Below are positions 53,896-59,215 of a DNA stretch of 59,215 nt, piece by piece. Position 1 is the first letter of the stretch; the number at the start of each line of letters is the position of its first letter. The stretch comes from an uncultured Planctomycetaceae bacterium. GTDB taxonomy: Bacteria > Planctomycetota > Phycisphaerae > SM23-33. The stretch covers positions 1 to 59,215 of the forward strand of contig CAYUYH010000001.1 in NCBI GenBank assembly GCA_964449175.1. The letters run 5' to 3'. The notes beneath the pieces were generated by a model that was not told the DNA's origin, did no database searches, and saw nothing but the letters and a program-made list of their open reading frames with translations. A program made the position numbers and the translations under genes.

Positions 53896-55086
53896 CTACG
53901 CCGGGCCGATCTTGCGGATGAACTCCACGCTTCGCGCCGCGACGGCCTCATTGGCGCGCATGTGCATCGGCAGGTTGACGACCTCCCGCGATGCCCGCTC
54001 AGCGGCCGGACACATCCCCGCGGTGTAGCCGTACGCCTCCATCGGCGTCTCCTGCGGATGCAGCGGGCACTCGAACCACGTGCCGATCTCCACGCCACTC
54101 CTTGGCGCGGCCGCGACGGCCTGCTGCTTGTCGGCCACTCGCACCGGATACCGCACGAGCACGGGGTCCATCTCCGCCGGCAGCTCAACGATGGGCAGGC
54201 CCGCCTCGCCGAGCAGACGATCGTAGACTGCCCGCATGGCCCGGCGGTGGTCGATGTTGGCCTGGATCTTGCGCATTTGCCGCCGGCCGGCCCGCGCCTG
54301 CGCGGCGCCCATGCTCGCAAAGAAATCACCCGGCATCTCCGGCGCAAACTCGGCCGTCGAGGACGAGCCGACGACCACGCCCTTCCGCGTCAGCCAGCGG
54401 AACAGGCTCGTCGCCAGTGCGTTCGTTCGCGGGTAGATGAACAGCCGGTAGACGACCCGTTGCAGCCAGAGCATCGTCGCCGCTTGAGCCGACGGCGACT
54501 GGATATAGCGGCTGCAGAGCTCGTCGATCTTGCCCGCCAGCTCCGCGTCGGACGTCGTCGCCATCCCGCCGATGCCGGTTGTGAAGGGCTTGTTCCACTG
54601 GAACGACCAGAACGCCGCCAGGCCGAACGTGCCGCACAACCGGGCGGCGAACGTCGAGCCCATCGCCAGGCAGCAGTCCTCGACCACCGGCAGGCCGTGG
54701 CGGCTGGCGATGTCCATGATCGCGTCCATCTGGCATGGGATGCCGTAGGTGTGCTGGGCGACGATGGCCTTGGTCCGCGGCGTGATGCGCTTCTCGAGAA
54801 GCTCCGGGGCGACGTTGAACGTCTCCGGGGCGATATCCACGAACGTCGGGACCGCTCCAACGTACACGATCGGATTGACGGCCATCACGCACGTGTAGCC
54901 CGGACAGACGACCTCGTCGCCGGCGCCGACGCCCATCGCCCGCAGGATGGCGTACATGGCCACCCGGCCCTTCCAGAAGGCAAACGCCTGCCCGCCGCCC
55001 AGCCACTGGGCGAAGAGCTTCTCGAATTGCTCGATTGCCTGTGCCATTGCGATCGGACGGGCCTTGCCGCCCCCGCTGGGGCCCAT
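53896..55086 (-). CDS. DegT/DnrJ/EryC1-family sugar aminotransferase (canonical Lys present)
   Basis: GDEVVCPGYTC...FWSFQWNKPFTTGIGG (Schiff-base Lys retained). An alternative start is at 55047. Confidence 0.8.
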   Translation of the reverse strand: MGPSGGGKARPIAMAQAIEQFEKLFAQWLGGGQAFAFWKGRVAMYAILRAMGVGAGDEVVCPGYTCVMAVNPIVYVGAVPTFVDIAPETFNVAPELLEKRITPRTKAIVAQHTYGIPCQMDAIMDIASRHGLPVVEDCCLAMGSTFAARLCGTFGLAAFWSFQWNKPFTTGIGGMATTSDAELAGKIDELCSRYIQSPSAQAATMLWLQRVVYRLFIYPRTNALATSLFRWLTRKGVVVGSSSTAEFAPEMPGDFFASMGAAQARAGRRQMRKIQANIDHRRAMRAVYDRLLGEAGLPIVELPAEMDPVLVRYPVRVADKQQAVAAAPRSGVEIGTWFECPLHPQETPMEAYGYTAGMCPAAERASREVVNLPMHMRANEAVAARSVEFIRKIGPA

Positions 55087-55154
55087 GCGGCAATTGTCTC
55101 TGCCGCTGTGCCGGTGTCAATGCCGTTGACGACGCGCTGCCGACGGTCGGCTCG

Positions 55155-55955
55155 CTAGGTCGCGTAGCTGTGCAGCCCCTGGAACGTCGCCGCCAGGTTC
55201 ACCCACAGCAGCGTGACCACAATGGCTGCCAGGCCGGTCAACACGGCCGCAGCATTGGCGTTGGGATACCGCCGGCCGAACGCACGACGGAAGTGCAGAT
55301 ACCACAGGAATACCAGCCACGATGCCAGCGACCACAGCTCCTTGGGGTCCCAGTTCCACCAGTCGCCCCAGGCGATCTTGCCCCAAACTGCCCCGAGTAT
55401 CAGGCCGGCCGTCAGCAGCGGGAATGCCAGCCGCACCATCCTATACGTGCCAAGCTCGTACGGCACGAGCCGCCCGTCGCGCGGCGCCCGGCCGGCCAGT
55501 TGCCCGATCGCTTGGACGCCGGCCTTGGCGAGCATGACATACGCGGCCATGTAGGCGGCCACGTGCGGCGCGAACAGCCCGCTCTGAAGCGCCGGCGGCA
55601 GCATCCGCGGGGCCGGGCTGAAGCGCTCCACGAACCCCGCCGGCAGCAGCAAGGCCGCGGCGATCAGGCAGTCGCCGGCCACGCCGCCCACCCGCAGGAG
55701 TCGCAGGCAGAGAATCGACAGCGGGCAGATGAGCATCCCCAGGCACAGGAACACCTCGAAGAGGTTCTGGAGCGGCACGTGGCCGACGCGATGCCAGTGA
55801 ATGCCGAATGCCGTCGTCGTGGCCGCGAAGCCGAGGACGTACAGCGTCCAGCCCGCCCTGGCCCACCGGGCCAGCATGGTCAGGAACGCCGCCAGGTAGA
55901 GCGCCATCGCGCAGTAGATCCAGGCGCACTCCGGGCTGTCAAACTTGATCGTCAT
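55155..55955 (-). CDS. ccsA: Cytochrome c biogenesis System II heme-handling protein CcsA/ResC
   Basis: WWD motif AWGDWWNWDPKELW; 8 hydrophobic segments. Confidence 0.85.
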   Translation of the reverse strand: MTIKFDSPECAWIYCAMALYLAAFLTMLARWARAGWTLYVLGFAATTTAFGIHWHRVGHVPLQNLFEVFLCLGMLICPLSILCLRLLRVGGVAGDCLIAAALLLPAGFVERFSPAPRMLPPALQSGLFAPHVAAYMAAYVMLAKAGVQAIGQLAGRAPRDGRLVPYELGTYRMVRLAFPLLTAGLILGAVWGKIAWGDWWNWDPKELWSLASWLVFLWYLHFRRAFGRRYPNANAAAVLTGLAAIVVTLLWVNLAATFQGLHSYAT

Positions 55956-57033
55956 CGCCGCCTCGCCTCGCGAAGTAGCCCCAGGCCGGCCTGCCCCATA
56001 GCGACCAGAACACCCCCGCGCACAGCAACGCGAACCCCGCCCAGACCGCCGGCAGGCCTGAGTCCGACTTGACCAGCAGCACGGTGTACTGCCCGCCCTC
56101 GTCGTCGCAGGCGTGCTGGTAGAAGTGATAGCCGCCGAAGTGCAGCGGGTCGTTGACCTCGATTGTCTTCTCGGCCGCCTGCTGGCCGGCGGTCAACACG
56201 ACCAGGCTGGACTTGTAGTCCTTCACCGGCCCGACGGGCCTGGCCAGGACCAGGTACGCCGCGCCGTGCGAATGTCCGTCGTGCATCGTCGGCCCCAGCA
56301 ATGGCTCAAGCGACAGCACGCCCGGGGCGTCGCCGCGGGGGATCAGCCACCCGCGCAATTCCTCGCCGCCGCGCGTGACGCGCACCTCCATCGCCGGCAG
56401 GTGAGTCTCGGCATCCGGCTCGGCGCCGCCGCTGTCCGTCGCCCGGGCGCTTGGGATGTATCCCAGCACCTCCACACGGGCGCCGATCAGCTCGACGGCG
56501 ACGGCTCGCCCGGCCGACCAGTGGATTTCCTCCTCCCGCGGCGGGAGGCCGGGTTCGATCGGCGGGGTGACCGCGCCCAGCCGCCACGGGCCAGGCCGGC
56601 TGTAGTACTCGATCCAGAAGTCGCGCAGCGCGACGCTGAACGGCAGCTCGCCGATCTTCCGCCCGTCGGCGTCGATGACGGTCGAGCTGGCGTGGCCGGC
56701 GTCGATGATCATGTAGCCGGTGGGAATCTTCGCGACGCCGAACAGCCTGGCCGCGACGGCGTGGCCGGTGTCGGAACCGTACATCCCCCCCCCGATGACC
56801 AGCAGTGCGCCCAGGTGCGCGGCCAGCAGACCCGGCGAGCGGACGATGCCGCCGGCAAGCACGCCCGCGACCAGCAGCACCGCCAGCACGAGCCAGAACG
56901 CCGTCAGCGGGACGGAGTTGAACAGCGCCTTGGCGGCCTCGGCGCCTATGAACGCGCCGACGACCGAGACGACCGCCAGGGCGGCGATCGCCGTCAGTCC
57001 CGCAAGCATCACTGTGCGGCGCAGGCGCTTCAC
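55939..57033 (-). CDS. ccsB: Cytochrome c biogenesis protein CcsB/ResB-like
   Basis: N-terminal TMs, large periplasmic domain, C-terminal ...HFGGYHFYQ...LLVKSDSG...TM. Overlaps ccsA by 17 nt. Confidence 0.7.
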   Translation of the reverse strand: MKRLRRTVMLAGLTAIAALAVVSVVGAFIGAEAAKALFNSVPLTAFWLVLAVLLVAGVLAGGIVRSPGLLAAHLGALLVIGGGMYGSDTGHAVAARLFGVAKIPTGYMIIDAGHASSTVIDADGRKIGELPFSVALRDFWIEYYSRPGPWRLGAVTPPIEPGLPPREEEIHWSAGRAVAVELIGARVEVLGYIPSARATDSGGAEPDAETHLPAMEVRVTRGGEELRGWLIPRGDAPGVLSLEPLLGPTMHDGHSHGAAYLVLARPVGPVKDYKSSLVVLTAGQQAAEKTIEVNDPLHFGGYHFYQHACDDEGGQYTVLLVKSDSGLPAVWAGFALLCAGVFWSLWGRPAWGYFARRGGDDDQV

Positions 57034-57243
57034 GCAATCACCTCAACTCGCTCGACTCGGCGGTCTCGCCGGCCATTATCCACGCCCACCCGTGGGATAC
57101 GCCAGTCGCAAGATCACCGCCGGAGGGCCCTTCGGCCTTGACTCGCGCGGCGCGCCGCGATACCAGAGATTCACGTCGCGACCGTCGCCAGGCAGCCGCC
57201 GCGGCGGCGGCGCCAGGAGGACGCGGCGGATAGAGGCGAACCG

Positions 57244-58590
57244 ATGGAAGTCTCCGCGATCGGTATAAGTCATCACACGGCGCCGCTCGCCGTGCGCGAG
57301 CAGCTTGCCCTGTCAGCCGACCAGGCCAGGGAGCTGCTGCGCGCCATCCACGCCGACGACGTCTTCGAGGAGGCTCTGGTCCTCAGCACCTGCAACCGCA
57401 CCGAGGTGTACTTCGTGTGCAGGAACGCCGCGGACCCGCTGGACTATCTTCTAGGCCTGCTCGGGCGGATCAACGCCCTCCCAGTGGATCTGGAGCAGTC
57501 GATGTTCTATCGCCACGACGGCGCCGAGGCCGTCAGGCACCTGTTCCGCGTGGCCGCCGCCTTGGACTCGCAGATCGTCGGCGAGCACCAGATCATCGCC
57601 CAGGTCAAGCTGGCCTATCGCATGGCGTTGGAGGAGCGGACGGCGCGCTTCCTGCTGAACAAGCTGCTGCACTTCTCGTTCCGCGTCAGCAAGGCCGTGC
57701 GGACGGAGACGGAGCTGGGCCGCGGCTCGGTCAGCGTGGCCGAGGCGGCTGTGGACCTGGCCGGCGAGGTGATGGGTGCACTGGCGGGCAAGACGGTCCT
57801 GCTCGTCGGCGCCGGCCAGACCGCTGCCCTGGCGGCACGCGCGCTGATGCGGCGTGACGTCGGCCGAATCGTCGTCGCCAGCCGCACGATCGCCCGGGCT
57901 AAAGAAGCAGCCGCCCGACTGCTGCAACTGGCGGACGAGGATAACGGCACGCGCCGGCGCGGCGCGGCGCCGCAGTCGAAGCAGCGCCCGCAGACTCAGG
58001 CCATCGATCTGGCGGCGATACCGGAGGTGATCGGCGAGGCGGACCTTGTTATCTGCTCGACGAGCTCGCCCGACTTCGTCCTGACGCGTAAGCGGTTTGC
58101 GGGGGCGATCGGCAGGTCGCCGCGACCCATCTGCATCGTCGACATCGCCGTGCCGCGCGACGTCGAGCCGGCCCTCGGCGAGCTGCCCAATGTGCATCTC
58201 CACAACATCGACGACCTCGACCGCATGGTGGCCGACAACATCCAGCGGCGGCGGGGCGAGATCCCCAAGGCCGAGGCGATTGTCGACGAGGGCGTCCGCG
58301 ACTTCGCCCGGTGGTTCGACTCGCTCCAGATCGTCCCGACCATCAAGCTGCTGCGGCGGCGGTTTCGCGACTTCGAACAGGCCGAGCTCCGCAGGCACGC
58401 CGGCAGGTTCGCCGACGGCAACCGCGACCAGCTCGAGCAATACACTCGGAGGCTGTGCAACCAGATCGTCCACCGCCCGATCGCCTTCCTGCGCGAGATG
58501 TCGACCGACTCGCGCGTCAGCGACCAACTGGCGGCGGCCGAGATGGTGCGGAAGGTCTTCGACCTCGACGCACTGGAGCAGGACGAATGA
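57244..58590 (+). CDS. hemA: Glutamyl-tRNA reductase
   Basis: [31 protein letters not shown]. Confidence 0.9.
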   Translation: MEVSAIGISHHTAPLAVREQLALSADQARELLRAIHADDVFEEALVLSTCNRTEVYFVCRNAADPLDYLLGLLGRINALPVDLEQSMFYRHDGAEAVRHLFRVAAALDSQIVGEHQIIAQVKLAYRMALEERTARFLLNKLLHFSFRVSKAVRTETELGRGSVSVAEAAVDLAGEVMGALAGKTVLLVGAGQTAALAARALMRRDVGRIVVASRTIARAKEAAARLLQLADEDNGTRRRGAAPQSKQRPQTQAIDLAAIPEVIGEADLVICSTSSPDFVLTRKRFAGAIGRSPRPICIVDIAVPRDVEPALGELPNVHLHNIDDLDRMVADNIQRRRGEIPKAEAIVDEGVRDFARWFDSLQIVPTIKLLRRRFRDFEQAELRRHAGRFADGNRDQLEQYTRRLCNQIVHRPIAFLREMSTDSRVSDQLAAAEMVRKVFDLDALEQDE

Positions 58591-59215
58591 CCCGCCTGGT
58601 CATCGGCACGCGCGGCTCGGCCCTGGCGACCTGGCAGGCGAACCACGTCAAGGCCGCGCTGTCTGCCGCCCACAAAGACCTCCAGGTCGAGCTGCGAGTC
58701 ATCCGCACCAAGGGCGACAAGACGCCGTACGAGCTGGCCCCCGCGGCTGCGACGGACAAGGGGCTATTCACCAAGGAGATCGAGGTCGCGCTGCTGGCAG
58801 GCGAGATCGATCTGGCCGTCCACAGCCTGAAGGACCTGCCCACCGAGCTGCCCGAGGGCCTGGCCTTGGCGGCGGTGATCGCGCGGGAAGACCCGGCCGA
58901 CGCGCTGGTGAGCCGCACCGGCGCGACGCTGAAGGCCTTGCCCATCGCCGCAACGGTGCTGACTGGCTCACCGCGACGCCGGGCGCAGCTGCTGGGTTTG
59001 CGGCGCGATCTGAAGGTCGCGCCCGTGCGCGGCAACGTCCAGACTAGGCTGCGGAAGCTGGACGAGCTAGAGGCCGACGCGATCGTCCTGGCCCGGGCGG
59101 GCTTGGTGCGGCTCGGCCTGGCCGGCCGCATCACCGAGCGGCTGGACCCGGCGGAGTTCCTGCCGGCGTGCGGGCCCGGCGCCCCGGGCCGGGCGCTAAC
59201 CCGCGGCCACCCCCC
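58587..59215 (+). CDS. hemC: Porphobilinogen deaminase (hydroxymethylbilane synthase); 3' end cut by window edge
   Basis: My own translation of the frame starting at 58587 (ATGA overlap with hemA) gives [21 protein letters not shown]...IRTKGDK...[12 protein letters not shown]...[11 protein letters not shown]. This frame is not in the ORF track because no stop is reached. Confidence 0.85.
   Translation, partial: MTRLVIGTRGSALATWQANHVKAALSAAHKDLQVELRVIRTKGDKTPYELAPAAATDKGLFTKEIEVALLAGEIDLAVHSLKDLPTELPEGLALAAVIAREDPADALVSRTGATLKALPIAATVLTGSPRRRAQLLGLRRDLKVAPVRGNVQTRLRKLDELEADAIVLARAGLVRLGLAGRITERLDPAEFLPACGPGAPGRALTRGHP

Noticed and set aside
1-59215. I searched for CRISPR arrays, tRNA/rRNA genes, and transposase/integrase/IS inverted repeats, prophage or toxin-antitoxin/defence modules.
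   Set aside because: I found no regularly spaced direct repeats, no tRNA-like T-arm motifs in the few intergenic gaps, and no ORF with integrase, transposase, nuclease or RT motifs. The only DNA repeat is the in-gene tandem repeat at 29987..30322. The glycan island has no visible mobile-element borders in the window.
55155-59215. ccsA-ccsB and hemA-hemC as part of the unusual system.
   Set aside because: These are standard System II cytochrome c maturation and tetrapyrrole genes. Their adjacency to each other is functionally sensible. They simply mark the right-hand border of the island.
59160-59215. The last roughly 18 codons of the hemC frame read [18 protein letters not shown], instead of the conserved ...LPA.GQGAL.IE... 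motif expected at this position.
   Set aside because: This lies at the extreme contig end, which finishes in a C-run. It is most likely end-of-assembly error or frameshift rather than biology.

Overview
High-GC bacterial chromosomal window, about 65-70 % GC by eye. It is densely coding, with many 4-nt start/stop overlaps. I found no rRNA, tRNA, CRISPR array, transposase or integrase. The gene content (PEP-CTERM proteins, many prepilin-type pseudopilins, a secreted pectate lyase) suggests a PVC-type organism (Planctomycetota/Verrucomicrobiota-like); that is inference only.

The window has four blocks.

(1) 1-9.4 kb: a translationally coupled secretion/pilus operon, gspE-gspF-pilM-pilN-pilO-pilP-like plus five pseudopilins. 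No secretin or prepilin peptidase is in the window.

(2) 9.7-15.2 kb, minus strand: a GH3 beta-glycosidase and two PEP-CTERM proteins (a pectate-lyase-like protein and an unknown) that share one reading frame with no stop codon between them.

(3) 15.5-55.1 kb: a glycan-assembly island of about 40 kb and about 33 genes. This is the most interesting part.
- It has a polyprenyl-phosphate hexose-1-P transferase and a Wzm/Wzt ABC exporter. The wzm and wzt genes lie 18 kb apart on opposite strands.
- It has a 1376-aa protein that fuses a GT-A-like domain, a proline-free coiled coil of about 380 aa, a Pro-rich linker and a SAM methyltransferase. This looks like a polymerase/ruler/terminator.
- A small uncharacterised module (GxNI[IV]...[YF][YF]A...G.F) recurs four times, in the giant protein, in a second methyltransferase and in Wzt.
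- A two-gene GT module is duplicated.
- A minus-strand operon looks like nucleotide-activated alditol-phosphate synthesis.
- A TPP-dependent E1 alpha/beta pair sits next to a B12-radical-SAM enzyme.
- A deoxysugar module contains an RfbH/ColD-type 3-dehydrase (Lys->His plus a Cys cluster), a GDP-fucose-synthase homologue whose catalytic Tyr is Phe, and an HddC-like guanylyltransferase.

(4) 55.2-59.2 kb: ordinary housekeeping genes (ccsA, ccsB/resB, hemA, 3'-truncated hemC).

All family assignments come from reading motifs in the translated ORFs. No database search was possible.
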